Assembly (NCBI GenBank): GCA_000004985.1
Contig: GG738911.1
Direction: 5' to 3' (one strand)
Origin: Naegleria gruberi
Lineage: Eukaryota
Length of the DNA: 64,000 nt
Part shown: piece by piece, positions 19,973-30,350 of the stretch
Numbering within the stretch: position 1 is the first letter of the stretch
Layout of the letters: each line of letters begins with the position of its first letter
Notes under the pieces: model-generated
Seen by the model: the letters and a program-made list of their open reading frames with translations, nothing else
Told to the model about the DNA's origin: nothing
The model's database searches: none
Translations under genes and position numbers: made by a program

Positions 19973-22309
19973 ATGACAACAGACAGCCATCATCACTCGC
20001 TTCTCATACGACAATACATCTTTCTATCCTCCATTCTTCTTCTCCTTTTCGTCTTTTCACAAGTTTCGTCTCAAGATTATTACATTTCGAATACGGGATT
20101 TTTAGCTCCACAACCAGATGGAATAACATACAATGCAGGGAGTTTATATGTAGCCCTGAATGCTACCAATAGAATAGTCAAGTTTGACCTCACCTCGCAA
20201 CAAGTTTCGTATATTGCTGGAACTGGCCAGGAAGGTTTCGGTGGAGAAAACGAAATTGCGACCGAATCTCCTCTCCGAGCTCCATCAATTGCAAAACTGG
20301 CCTCTGATGGTACCATTTACATTACCGATTGTTCAAATGATAGAATTAGAAAGATTGTTGCTGGCAATGTTTCGACTCTAGTTTCGTCTATTTCATTGAG
20401 TCGACCTTTCGGATTAGATATTCATCCAATAAGTGGTGATTTGTACATTTCAGAATTAACTTCACGAATTGTCAAATTGACACCAAGTTCTGGAATAGCA
20501 GAAGCTTTGACTTTGAATGGAAATGGTTACAATGGAGATCAAATTCTAGCAATTTCTGCCAATGTCAACAATCCATTGCATATCCACGTGAAAAGTAATG
20601 GAGAATATTACTTTTTGGATTATGGAAATAATGCTATTCGAAAGGTGGATCTAAATGGATATATTTCTACAATAGTTTTGGGTGCATTTACTGCTATTGG
20701 TGGCGATCCTTTAATTAGTAATGAATTTTATTATGGAGGAGTTGGACAAATTTTCAAATATTCGAATGGATCATCTGTTCTAATTGCTGGTGGAGGAGTT
20801 TTGGATGTGGATGATGTTGATGCTAAAACTGTAATGTTTGGCCAAGTTTTTGGAATTACTTTGGGAGTGAGTGGTGAGGTTTACTTTTCAGATTATGGAA
20901 ATGGAAGAATTAGAAAGTTGGTGACATGTAGTGCAGGAACTTCCTATTCTGGCTATACTCATTCGTGTGTTTCTTGTTTTGGAGCAAGTGGTGCAGGGGC
21001 ATGTTCTGGAAATGGTGTTTGCATTAATAATGATGTTTGCGCATGTACTGTTTCAGGTTTTAGTGGAACTTATTGCAATGTTTCCGTTACTACTTGTTTT
21101 AACATTACAAGCGATCAGCCAACTACTTGTTCAGGTCATGGATCTTGCGTTTCTTTGAATAATTGTTCGTGTCTTTCTGGATATGATGCAATCGATTGCT
21201 CTGTCAACATTTCACCATTTGCAATGAGTACCAGTATTTCTTCAACCTCAGTTTCAGACTCTTCAGCAATTGGCATTCAAGCAATTTACTCTTCAGATGT
21301 TAATCCAACTTATTTCATTTGGGCTTGTACGAATTGTATCTATAAGGATTCGAATAATCAATTGCAATTTAGCAATATATCAAATACTGCCATTATTGAT
21401 GGTTCATTACTCAGTGTAGGAACTTATTCATTTACTGTTTATGGTATTTATGATAATGGACCTTCGTATCCAGCCAGAGTTTCGAATGTTGCCAATTTCC
21501 AAATCACAGTAATCAAATCAGTATTTTCTTCATCTTCGTTGGAGATTTATGGATTGCCATCGGTTGTGGTGGCTACAAACGCATCAAGCTCTCTCAACAT
21601 TATCATTCCACGACTTTCTCTCGATCAAACTCTCATTAATCAATTCTTGTCATGCAGTAACAGCTCAACAACATGTGGATTGTTAATTTCCTACAATGCT
21701 GCTCTGTCAATTACCAAGAACTCAATTACCTCCGTCATTTCAAGTTACAACGGTTACACCATGGCCAGTACAAATTTCATGAATAATACCATCACCTTTA
21801 CTCCATCTTTGAATTTTAAGGATAGTAATGCATATTCTGGCACTGAAATGATTCTCAATTTGGAGCTTACTGGTGCCACCAATTTGACCTTCTCTACTTC
21901 AGTACCAATTTATTCTTCAGCCACTCCACCACAAAGTACATCTGCAAATTCGACAGGTGGCGTGTTGGTTGATGTTTTGGGAATAGTGTCTCCATCATCA
22001 GGTAGAGCCCTCTCTGATCTTTTCACAATTACTTTTTCATCATGGACTGCAGCAGCTCAATTATTACCTTTGAAATATTCTGTTGGATTTGTAGATCCTG
22101 TTACTTCGAATGTGGTGAGAGTTACCGATTATACAGAGACCACTTCAGCTAATTTCATTCTTCCTTATCTTTCTTCGGTTTCTAATAGTAGAGGCCTTTT
22201 AGCTACTAGCTCGGTATCTGTAGTTGTTTTTGTGAATGATTCTATGGGAAATCAATATTCAAGTACTGTTCTCCCTATGCAGGAACAACGACAGAGTTGG
22301 TTTCTCTAA
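19973..22309 (+). CDS. adhesion-GPCR-like protein, ectodomain segment: signal peptide, NHL-type beta-propeller repeats, EGF-like repeats, S/T-rich region
   Basis: Signal peptide 'MTTDSHHHSLLIRQYIFLSSILLLLFVFSQVSSQ'. Repeats of the form 'YIAGTGQEGFGGE...DGTIYITDCSNDRIRKI'. EGF-like 'CSGNGVCINNDVCACTVSGFSGTYC', 'CSGHGSCVSLNNCSCLSGYDAIDC'. Confidence 0.75.
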   Translation: MTTDSHHHSLLIRQYIFLSSILLLLFVFSQVSSQDYYISNTGFLAPQPDGITYNAGSLYVALNATNRIVKFDLTSQQVSYIAGTGQEGFGGENEIATESPLRAPSIAKLASDGTIYITDCSNDRIRKIVAGNVSTLVSSISLSRPFGLDIHPISGDLYISELTSRIVKLTPSSGIAEALTLNGNGYNGDQILAISANVNNPLHIHVKSNGEYYFLDYGNNAIRKVDLNGYISTIVLGAFTAIGGDPLISNEFYYGGVGQIFKYSNGSSVLIAGGGVLDVDDVDAKTVMFGQVFGITLGVSGEVYFSDYGNGRIRKLVTCSAGTSYSGYTHSCVSCFGASGAGACSGNGVCINNDVCACTVSGFSGTYCNVSVTTCFNITSDQPTTCSGHGSCVSLNNCSCLSGYDAIDCSVNISPFAMSTSISSTSVSDSSAIGIQAIYSSDVNPTYFIWACTNCIYKDSNNQLQFSNISNTAIIDGSLLSVGTYSFTVYGIYDNGPSYPARVSNVANFQITVIKSVFSSSSLEIYGLPSVVVATNASSSLNIIIPRLSLDQTLINQFLSCSNSSTTCGLLISYNAALSITKNSITSVISSYNGYTMASTNFMNNTITFTPSLNFKDSNAYSGTEMILNLELTGATNLTFSTSVPIYSSATPPQSTSANSTGGVLVDVLGIVSPSSGRALSDLFTITFSSWTAAAQLLPLKYSVGFVDPVTSNVVRVTDYTETTSANFILPYLSSVSNSRGLLATSSVSVVVFVNDSMGNQYSSTVLPMQEQRQSWFL

Positions 22310-24927
22310 TCGGTTCATATGCCAGCTCTTCTCTTCTCACTGTTTTCAGTTATGACACCTCTCTTTCCGCTGCCAATTCTACTTCCTCAAGTGATGTTGC
22401 ATTGGAAATTGTGAAGAGTGTAGTAATTGATCCAAAGAATCCTACCACAGCTCTCACAGCCATTCAACAAGCTACCTCAAATCCAGAGGCTGTCGATTCT
22501 CGTGTCATTACTGAATTAACTAACAAGATTAATAATTTTGTAGCAACTCTCAATACTAATTACAAAGAAGAGAGAGCTCTTTATGGATTTGTCAAATCTA
22601 AATTGGCAACTGCTGACACAACAAGAACAACAGAAATTATTTCAAATGTTTTGGCAAGTGGAAGAGGAAATCAACAATCTAAGGGAATGGCAGATAATTT
22701 GACCAATTTATTAATTTTGGGAGAAATTGCCACATTATTAACTGGTCAGGATCAATCATCAGATGTTAACGAGTTGACCAAAGTTTCCTTCACATCTTCT
22801 CAATTGGATATTGCTGTTGCCGTCTTTACTTTGGATAAAGAAATGAATGGAACCAATCAAATGATTGGAGGTGATAATTCTGTAACCATGCCATTGTCAC
22901 AAATCACGAAACAATACAATGGATTCTCTAAAGAATCTGCCACTACCATGATCACCTATGATCAAAATATTTACTCTCAATCCAATGTTAGCGTCCTAAC
23001 TTCAACAGTGACTGATTTTAAATATTATCAAAATCAACAAGTTGTAACATTGGAGAATTTATCACAAAATATTGAACTCAAATTCAAAATTACAAATTCT
23101 ACAATTGTAATGGAAAAGATTATGGAATATATCAATAGTACAACTCAATTCAATTCAACCTCAAACAGCACCCAATCCAATTCTACTCTAGTGATGGCTT
23201 GCAAATATTGGGATGAATCTGCACTTGCTTGGAGCAGTAGAGGATGCTATCTGAAAGGATACAATTTGACAAGTCAAGAAATTCTCTGTTCTTGTTCTCA
23301 CACGACAATGTTCACAACCTTTGTGGAACAAAACACTTCGACAATTCCTGCTTCAGTGAAGGAAACAGTTGCTGCCTTTTATTATGGTCAAATTGCGTTG
23401 GGAATTTTCTATTTCTTGACTTCCATTGTCATTCTTTGTTTGTTGATTATTTTCAAGAATGAACAACCAATTTCATCTCGTTTGATTACTCCATACTTGG
23501 GAATGATTGCATTGATTGTGGAATCTCTTCTCGTTTACATTACACAAAGAGGTATTTTAGTGAGACAGTTGACTTCTACTTCAACTCAAATGTGGGAATC
23601 TGGAGATACTGATGCCAACACAATTGCAAACATTGTTCTCATATTTGCGAATACCATTAATTTGACAGCCATTTTATCTTATGTCATGCAAGTGTTGAGA
23701 TTCCAAGTTATGAAATACTTGTACGATTTATTGGCCTCCAGTAGAAATAATGAAAAGAAGAGCGATAGAATTTTGACAGTTTTGAGATTCTTGACATCTT
23801 CCTCATTGTTTTCCGCTATTTTAATTGTATTTGCAGTTATTAATGTATGCTATTGGGTCTTGTGGGTTGTTTTGAGAAGAACTGGAGTCCTTCCACCAGC
23901 AACATACACCTACATTGTTTCCATTTCGTATACGGTTATCATTTTCACATTTGGTGTCATTATTACATTGGTAGCAATCTTTGACTGGGTTGGATCTTCA
24001 GCCAAAGCAGGAATCAAAGCCAAGAGAAACTCCTCACTCACCAGAGAATCCAAATTCAAAATTGAAGAAGAAATTCAGAAGGAAATGGAAAAGTTTGATA
24101 TTTTCGAAAAGATTTACACAATTCTAGTAGGAATTGATGAACCATTGTATTTCAGAACTGAAATGATTATTTATGTGATTAGTTTCGTATTTTTAATCTT
24201 AAATCAAGTTATTGGATTGGTAGGAAATGAACTTAGATATGGAAATGAAGCCTCGTACAAGAAGGCGCTAATATTCGACTCCATTTCATTTATTTTCGAA
24301 GTTCTCTACGTGTTTACCTATTTATTTGTCTTTGGAGGATACTCTCTCATTCTATTACTCATTAGCAAGGTGAAAACATACAGAAATAACAAGGAAATGA
24401 AAAAATCTGCCAAGAAAAACATCAGCCAAGGTAGAGAAATCAACGAGGACATGTCACTTGTCTTTTCCAGCGATGAAGCCACTGAATTATTCGCCAGTTT
24501 CTGCGTTAAGGAATTCTCCTCTGAAAACTTTTATCTCTACTCAGATTTGAAAGAAAATACAGACATTATCGAAGGTAATAACATGCGAAAATTGCATCCA
24601 TATCTTCACTACATTCACGACACGTATGTGAAAGATGGCGCCAACTATCAAGTGAATATTCCAAACAAGTGCAGAACTAGTTTTATGAATCTGTTCAACA
24701 AGTATGCGAATGAGGTTTTGGAAATGTTGGATTCACAACTCAGTGAAAAGATCTCAACGGAAATAAGGAGTAGTTTTGAAATTCTAGTTCAGCAAATATT
24801 TGTCAATTTGGGAGATACCTTTTCAAGATTTGTATTTACTGTGGAATTTAAGGTTTTTAAGAAAGCATATGAACTTAGACAGGATATTTTGGAGGAATCT
24901 AATGTTGTTTTAATTGATGATGAGTAA
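22297..24927 (+). CDS. adhesion-GPCR-like protein, GAIN/GPS + 7TM + C-terminal RGS-domain segment, frame-shifted -1 from the previous ORF
   Basis: GPS motif 'CKYWDESALAWSSRGCYLKGYNLTSQEILCSCSHTTMFTTF'. Seven hydrophobic helices. RGS domain 'ELFASFCVKEFSSENFYLYSDLKE...QVNIPNKCRTSFMNLF...DTFSRFVFTVEFKVF'. This frame is open from 22240, so the break lies within 22240-22307. Confidence 0.75.
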   Translation: MVSLIGSYASSSLLTVFSYDTSLSAANSTSSSDVALEIVKSVVIDPKNPTTALTAIQQATSNPEAVDSRVITELTNKINNFVATLNTNYKEERALYGFVKSKLATADTTRTTEIISNVLASGRGNQQSKGMADNLTNLLILGEIATLLTGQDQSSDVNELTKVSFTSSQLDIAVAVFTLDKEMNGTNQMIGGDNSVTMPLSQITKQYNGFSKESATTMITYDQNIYSQSNVSVLTSTVTDFKYYQNQQVVTLENLSQNIELKFKITNSTIVMEKIMEYINSTTQFNSTSNSTQSNSTLVMACKYWDESALAWSSRGCYLKGYNLTSQEILCSCSHTTMFTTFVEQNTSTIPASVKETVAAFYYGQIALGIFYFLTSIVILCLLIIFKNEQPISSRLITPYLGMIALIVESLLVYITQRGILVRQLTSTSTQMWESGDTDANTIANIVLIFANTINLTAILSYVMQVLRFQVMKYLYDLLASSRNNEKKSDRILTVLRFLTSSSLFSAILIVFAVINVCYWVLWVVLRRTGVLPPATYTYIVSISYTVIIFTFGVIITLVAIFDWVGSSAKAGIKAKRNSSLTRESKFKIEEEIQKEMEKFDIFEKIYTILVGIDEPLYFRTEMIIYVISFVFLILNQVIGLVGNELRYGNEASYKKALIFDSISFIFEVLYVFTYLFVFGGYSLILLLISKVKTYRNNKEMKKSAKKNISQGREINEDMSLVFSSDEATELFASFCVKEFSSENFYLYSDLKENTDIIEGNNMRKLHPYLHYIHDTYVKDGANYQVNIPNKCRTSFMNLFNKYANEVLEMLDSQLSEKISTEIRSSFEILVQQIFVNLGDTFSRFVFTVEFKVFKKAYELRQDILEESNVVLIDDE

Positions 24928-24953
24928 TAAAATGATTTCTTATGGAAAGCAGA

Positions 24954-25955
24954 TTAGTCATGTTTATTGGCTATTTCGATTGGATTTTCTTCAAGTGGTT
25001 GGGAAGAAAGTTCATTGCGAATAGTTTCGTCTTCATTTACTTTACTTTCGTCTTCGCTGGTTTCCGTAGTTTCTTTGGATTCTTCTTGTGTTGCTTTTTC
25101 AGGAGAGTTTTCCACATTTTCTTGTTCGTTCTCTTCCCTTGTTTCTTCCCTATTATCTGAGCTTTCAATTTCAACATTCGAATTTTCCATTTTGGCTAAT
25201 ATTAAAGTTTCATGGTATGAATTTCGATTATCAGGATCTAATTCCTTTACTTTCGAATGATCATGAACTGCCTTTTCATTTTGATTCAACTTTTGGAAAG
25301 CAAATCCTCTATAATAAAAAGCATGAACATTATTCGAATCTAATTCAATAACATCGGACAAATCTTGCACTGATTTTTCATTCTCTTCTAACAATGCATA
25401 GAATTTACCTCTCTTTTCCAGAGAAACCTTGAACAGGTCATCATTTTCATTCGAAAGTTCAATAACTCTTGTCAAATCAGAAATGGCATCTGAAAGATTA
25501 TCCAAAATTCGGTTCGTAAGTCCTCTATGAAACAGAGCTTGAACATGATCAGGCTCTTTCTCAATAAAAACGTTCAAATCATCGAGAGCTTCATTTTCCT
25601 TTCGAATTCTAATTCTGGAAATTCCTCGATATAGAAATACCATATCTGTTCCACCAAATTCGATAACTTTAGAAAAATCAGAATCTGCCTTCTTAAAATC
25701 CTCAATTTTGAAAAGATTCAATCCTCTATACAAGTAAGCATCCAGAAAAGTTTCGTCTAATTCAATAACTTTCGAATAATCATCAATTGCTTTCTTTCTA
25801 TCAAGTAGACATCCGAAAGCAGTCGCTCTTTGATAATAATTCATTGCATTTTCTTCCAGTTCAATAACTTTGGTAAAATATTCTACAGCTTTCGAATAAT
25901 CTTGCTCATTAAAAAACTTTCGTCCACTTTCTTTCAACGATTGAATGTTTTCCAT
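24954..25955 (-). CDS. TPR-repeat protein with acidic C-terminal tail
   Basis: 333 aa with ATG. About 7 TPR-like units, e.g. 'YSKAVEYFTKVIELEENAMNYYQRATAF...KAIDDYSKVIELD'. E/S-rich tail. Confidence 0.8.
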   Translation of the reverse strand: MENIQSLKESGRKFFNEQDYSKAVEYFTKVIELEENAMNYYQRATAFGCLLDRKKAIDDYSKVIELDETFLDAYLYRGLNLFKIEDFKKADSDFSKVIEFGGTDMVFLYRGISRIRIRKENEALDDLNVFIEKEPDHVQALFHRGLTNRILDNLSDAISDLTRVIELSNENDDLFKVSLEKRGKFYALLEENEKSVQDLSDVIELDSNNVHAFYYRGFAFQKLNQNEKAVHDHSKVKELDPDNRNSYHETLILAKMENSNVEIESSDNREETREENEQENVENSPEKATQEESKETTETSEDESKVNEDETIRNELSSQPLEENPIEIANKHD

Positions 25956-26276
25956 TTTTTTTTATCGTAATTTTTTCCAAACCTTTCAACCTTAATGACC
26001 AATCAATTCAATCATCCCAAACCATCAACATTGTAAACATTCTAGTGCCCTTCCAATTTCTGCCTTAAATAACTCTATCAATTCTGGCCTTTCGAAAATT
26101 CTTCCAATTCAAAAAGAATTAGGCGCCAAAGAGCAAATCAATAAAAAAAAACATTAAAAAAAAATTAGCGTTAAAACTCGGCAGCGATTTTTTGCGTGTT
26201 GAAAAAAAACCTTGCTTGTGTGATCATCACGAATTTTCATCATCAAAATTAATTTATTTATTAGCGTCTTTGAAAA

Positions 26277-27041
26277 ATGACTTTAACTCATACAAATCAA
26301 CCAAGTTATGGAGCAACTCAATACGGACAACAACCACAATATATGCCTCCACAAGGTTATCCACAACAACCACAATATGCACAACAACCGCAAATGGGAT
26401 ATCAACAACCAATGATGGCTCAAACAACAGTCATTTCAACTCCATCCAATTTACAACAATATCCAAATGGTGGACCTGTTATGGAGACAATTATTGACAC
26501 ACGAATTTCTTCTGGTACTTTCCTCTCTTTGAATTTATCACCACAACTCTTGTCGAACACTTTGGGAGCTTATGGTTTTCCAAATGCTGCCAATGCTCCA
26601 GCCGATATTGAAAATAACATTATTAGACCAATCAATAATTTATTCACTCAATTCTACAACAAATCATCCAATTATGATACCTACTACATGATCTCGTTTA
26701 TTATCTTGATGATTTTAATCATTTTAACAGCTGGTTTGGGTGTAGTATTCATTTTCATCATCTTCGTCTTCCCATATTTGAAGAATAGACACATTTCATC
26801 CTTCAATGAAACTACTCAGATTCAAGTGAGAAACCTTTTACAAAAGGAAAATCAAAACAAGTATATGCCACACGGTTTGGAATGGGTTATTCTCTATGAA
26901 GTGAAACCAGGAACTAGTTCTCTCTTTACTGGTTTCACCTGTATGCAAGAAGCCAGTTTGAAACTCATTCGTGTCAGTAGACAAGTCCCAACTGTCACTA
27001 CAACTGTCACACAACAACAAGACACTTTGGTAATGAACTAA
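26277..27041 (+). CDS. single-TM protein with Q/P/Y-rich N-terminus; member 1 of a three-paralogue family
   Basis: 254 aa. Motifs 'YPNGGPVMETI', 'DIENNIIRPINNLFTQFY', TM 'YYMISFIILMILIILTAGLGVVFIFIIFVFPYL', and 'LLQKENQNKYMPHGLEWVILY'. The same motifs occur in 31559..32609 and 32724..33743. Confidence 0.6.
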   Translation: MTLTHTNQPSYGATQYGQQPQYMPPQGYPQQPQYAQQPQMGYQQPMMAQTTVISTPSNLQQYPNGGPVMETIIDTRISSGTFLSLNLSPQLLSNTLGAYGFPNAANAPADIENNIIRPINNLFTQFYNKSSNYDTYYMISFIILMILIILTAGLGVVFIFIIFVFPYLKNRHISSFNETTQIQVRNLLQKENQNKYMPHGLEWVILYEVKPGTSSLFTGFTCMQEASLKLIRVSRQVPTVTTTVTQQQDTLVMN

Positions 27042-27182
27042 AATTGTAAATATGTATTAAATAATTTATTTATTCCTAGTAGATTTCCTAGATTCTTTTA
27101 GATCAATTCGATTCTCAGTTAAAATTATAAATAATAATTTATAATAATTTATAATATCAATTATCAATTATCATTAATTTGA

Positions 27183-27800
27183 TTAAAATTGATAATTATT
27201 ACGATTAATAGATTGCATCAATTTAGGTTTCACAATCATATCAATAATAATCATCATGACCATCCAAATATCACTCTTTCCAATAAAATTCAACCAAGTA
27301 ATAGTTGAAGAATATTCATTCGAAAAATCCAGCACCGAATTAAATTCCTTCTCACCCTGTGCAGTCTCCATATATAATGCTCTATGAACAAGTACTCCAA
27401 TCATGATCTTTTCCATCAAACTCGACAAGACGAAAAGTCCAAACAAGAGATTGACCCAGAGTGCTCTCTTATCAAATCTCCAAAATAATTTAACAAAGGC
27501 CACAACTATAAACAAGGCTACTCCTTGATACATCATATGATGATACCTTCCTTCTTCTCCCATTTGATGAAGTAAACTCCAAACCTTCTCCGATGACATC
27601 CATCCCCATCCAAATCTCGTTCCCAACGTTAAATGTATCCACGATGATTCATATATTTGTACATAATGATAGAAAGCATATGGAAGGGAGAGAATTAAAC
27701 CAAGAAACCAATAAAACAAGGAATTGGATCTTAAATTGGTTAAAATTGATTTCTTATTGTTGGATTTTACATATCCACTTGATGATGATGATGATGACAT
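27183..27800 (-). CDS. multi-pass membrane protein (3-4 TM), unassigned family
   Basis: ATG at 27800; the tool ORF starts at TTG 27860. TM segments 'LFYWFLGLILSLPYAFYHYV', 'VALFIVVAFVKLFW', 'LWVNLLFGLFVLSSLMEKIMIGVLV'. Confidence 0.5.
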   Translation of the reverse strand: MSSSSSSSGYVKSNNKKSILTNLRSNSLFYWFLGLILSLPYAFYHYVQIYESSWIHLTLGTRFGWGWMSSEKVWSLLHQMGEEGRYHHMMYQGVALFIVVAFVKLFWRFDKRALWVNLLFGLFVLSSLMEKIMIGVLVHRALYMETAQGEKEFNSVLDFSNEYSSTITWLNFIGKSDIWMVMMIIIDMIVKPKLMQSINRNNYQF

Positions 27801-27918
27801 AGTCGAGAATAATTTATTGGATGATGCAAAAGTTGAAGTGGAAGGCAAGGTTGTCGGCAACGTTTGTAATTCGAATATTTTTTAAAAATAATAATAAAAT
27901 ATTATTTTTCATTCCGTG

Positions 27919-29607
27919 ATGAAAATCAAATTAGGAAAGGGGAATAATTTCCATCATTTCAAAGAAAAAAAAAAGCGCCAACTAAGCAAATTATTTGCTT
28001 TGAAAAAGTCGGCTAAAAGAATTGATAATATACTCATAGTAGATTTGTTGAATCCAATCATCATGATCAGTTTATTTATTGCTGCCTTGTTCGGATCAAA
28101 TAGCAGAAATTTAGATAAAACTTCCAATCAACAATTATTTGGCTATGAACAACAACAACCAGTAAATCATCATCATCCTCCTCATCAACAACAACAGCCT
28201 CCACAACAACCACAACAACAATATTATGTAAATAATCCGCAGCCTCTACCACCAAATTATCAACCTTCAATTCCGCCACCCAATCATAGAAATTCAATCA
28301 TTAGTAATAATAATATTAATAATAATAATAATTATCATCTACAACAACAACCAGTAAATCAACAACCTCCTTCTTCTACCTCTAATTCTTTCAAAGTTAA
28401 TAATAATAATTATCCTAATGTAATAACATATCCGCCACAACAGCAACAAGCAAATACTACCAATGGTTATCCACAATCACAAATTGTAGATCACAATCAA
28501 CAACAACAACAACCTTTCTGTCCTCCTACACACCATGATCCAAATTATAATGCAATTTCTTTGGAAAGACCTAATTTACAACCTATTGATACAGATAGTA
28601 AACCATCAGCTCCTACGGAATCATTTTGTAATGGAAAACCTTCTCTCAATGAAACAATTAATGGAAATTTGAATTTTGTACCAACATTTAATGAGCATTA
28701 CCAAATTCCACCACAACAAGAATCAATTCAATTTCAACAAAATCAACAAACAATTACTCCTCCACCTCAACAAACTCAGCCAACCATGCAAACTATCAAC
28801 ATGAATATTGCAGGTATTCCACTAACTTTGCAAAAACCACTAGCTCAACCAACAGGACAACCAAACGCTCAACCTGTTACAATGAATGCTACTGTTTCTG
28901 GAGGAAATTTCAATGGTTTTGGACTTCAACCATCCAATAATGTCGACATTACAAAACCATTTACTCCAATTTCTAACACACAAATCATTTCAACAACACC
29001 AGGATTTGGACAAACATTGTGTTATCAACAAGGATATAATAATGGAATTAGAGTTAATCAGAGAGTAGTTCAAACAGGTGATCAATGGTCAACTGAACAT
29101 GAATACGGAACTTATAATGTTTGTTTTAGAATTTCACCAAAATCAGGAGAACATGCCAATAATCCATTTAGTGGACTCGTTCTAGGAGTTACTGGTATTG
29201 CAAATCATAAACCTCCTGCAGGCCATACTCACTTTATCGTATTCAACAATGTACAGCAACGAATTGAAAAGAGAGCATATCCTAATGATTGTCGCCCAGC
29301 AATAGCCGGAGCCAGATACATGCTCATGGAAAGTGTTGCCATTCCTTATAATCTAATTGCATCCTTTGAGGTTGATTGTGTTGGAGGAAGAGTCAATAAG
29401 CAAAGTCTTTCATGTGTAATTTGCATGCTAACAAATGGACATTCAATCAGAATCAACCAAGACGAAATGGATACAGTCTCATTGTCAGCAGAGAAGGCCA
29501 AATGGTTGTATCAGGCTCTGAATTATAGTCTAGCCATGTTAAAACACAAACAACAGCAACAACAAAATAATACTATACTCTCTCAAGACAATATTCAAAA
29601 TATTTAA
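27919..29607 (+). CDS. Q/N/P-rich (prion-like) protein with a ~200-aa C-terminal globular domain
   Basis: ATG at 27919; the tool ORF starts at GTG 27916. Hydrophobic 'IIMISLFIAALFG' near the N-terminus. Long CAA/AAT tracts. Non-repetitive C-terminus 'GIRVNQRVVQTGDQWSTEHEYGTYNVCFRISPKSGEHANNPFSGLVLGVTGIANHKPP...'. Confidence 0.5.
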   Translation: MKIKLGKGNNFHHFKEKKKRQLSKLFALKKSAKRIDNILIVDLLNPIIMISLFIAALFGSNSRNLDKTSNQQLFGYEQQQPVNHHHPPHQQQQPPQQPQQQYYVNNPQPLPPNYQPSIPPPNHRNSIISNNNINNNNNYHLQQQPVNQQPPSSTSNSFKVNNNNYPNVITYPPQQQQANTTNGYPQSQIVDHNQQQQQPFCPPTHHDPNYNAISLERPNLQPIDTDSKPSAPTESFCNGKPSLNETINGNLNFVPTFNEHYQIPPQQESIQFQQNQQTITPPPQQTQPTMQTINMNIAGIPLTLQKPLAQPTGQPNAQPVTMNATVSGGNFNGFGLQPSNNVDITKPFTPISNTQIISTTPGFGQTLCYQQGYNNGIRVNQRVVQTGDQWSTEHEYGTYNVCFRISPKSGEHANNPFSGLVLGVTGIANHKPPAGHTHFIVFNNVQQRIEKRAYPNDCRPAIAGARYMLMESVAIPYNLIASFEVDCVGGRVNKQSLSCVICMLTNGHSIRINQDEMDTVSLSAEKAKWLYQALNYSLAMLKHKQQQQQNNTILSQDNIQNI

Positions 29608-29748
29608 TTCTTTATTCTTTTGAATAAAGGAAATTTTCTGTAATGTGGAGACAGTCTAAATACTCATAGTTGAACATAAGACTTTGAGATATTTTTGTAA
29701 TGAGTTCAACCTGATGTAAACAGTTAAGAAGAAAGAAAACAAAAAAAA

Positions 29749-29892
29749 ATGTCTGGTGATCAACTCAATGCCGAGTTTGAAACTGCCTGTAGGAGAGGAA
29801 ATTTAAATGGTTTTCTAACAATAATGAATATTATTTCCAATCAAGAAGATAGATTTACCTTGATTAACACACCAGTTTTTAGAAATTTTTCT
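29749..29892 (+). CDS. small ankyrin-repeat protein, exon 1
   Basis: Starts 'MSGDQLNAEFETACRRGNLNGFLTIMNIISNQEDRFTLINTP...'. Donor TCT|GTAGGT at 29893. An alternative donor CCA|GTTTTT at 29875 is also in frame. Confidence 0.55.
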
Positions 29893-29938
29893 GTAGGTTT
29901 TGAAAATTAAAATTAGGATCGGAATTGACCATTGACAG

Positions 29939-30040
29939 CCACCACCAATGTATACAGTTTGGAATGGACACTTTTCAATGTTTTCCTATTTGATAGATCA
30001 TAATTTGGTAAATTTTGAAATGACTGATGAAACTGGAAAT
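29939..30040 (+). CDS. small ankyrin-repeat protein, exon 2
   Basis: Acceptor ttgacag|CC. Encodes 'PPPMYTVWNGHFSMFSYLIDHNLVNFEMTDETGN', an ANK consensus. Donor AAT|GTGAGT at 30041. Confidence 0.6.
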
Positions 30041-30095
30041 GTGAGTTTTTAAGAATTGAATTAGAGAAATGAAATGTTTCGAAAATACTTAATAG

Positions 30096-30350
30096 ACATA
30101 TCTGCATATTGCTGCATTGAAAGGAGATTTGAATTTCATTAACAAGCTACTCAATTTAGATGAAGCTGATGTTCTTGTTAATAAGAAAGATTTTGTGGGA
30201 AAAACTGCTTTCGAATTGGCAGAACAACGAAACCGAATGGACATTGCAACCATGATTCGTTCCATCAAATATTCAAAGAAACTCCATACAGCTTTATTTA
30301 ACCAATTTTCAAAAGGAAATTTATCAGATATTCAATTTATTGTGGAATAA
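30096..30350 (+). CDS. small ankyrin-repeat protein, exon 3 (intron 30041..30095, 55 nt)
   Basis: Acceptor aatag|ACA. Encodes 'TYLHIAALKGDLNFINKLLNLDEADVLVNKKDFVGKTAFELAEQRNRMDIATMI...', in frame with tool ORF 30117..30350. Confidence 0.65.
   Translation, partial: TYLHIAALKGDLNFINKLLNLDEADVLVNKKDFVGKTAFELAEQRNRMDIATMIRSIKYSKKLHTALFNQFSKGNLSDIQFIVE

Noticed and set aside
22265-22284. GTACTG...TATGCAG as a 20-nt intron joining the two GPCR ORFs
   Set aside because: Far below any spliceosomal minimum; the shortest supported introns here are 44-46 nt. The frame arithmetic points to an indel instead.
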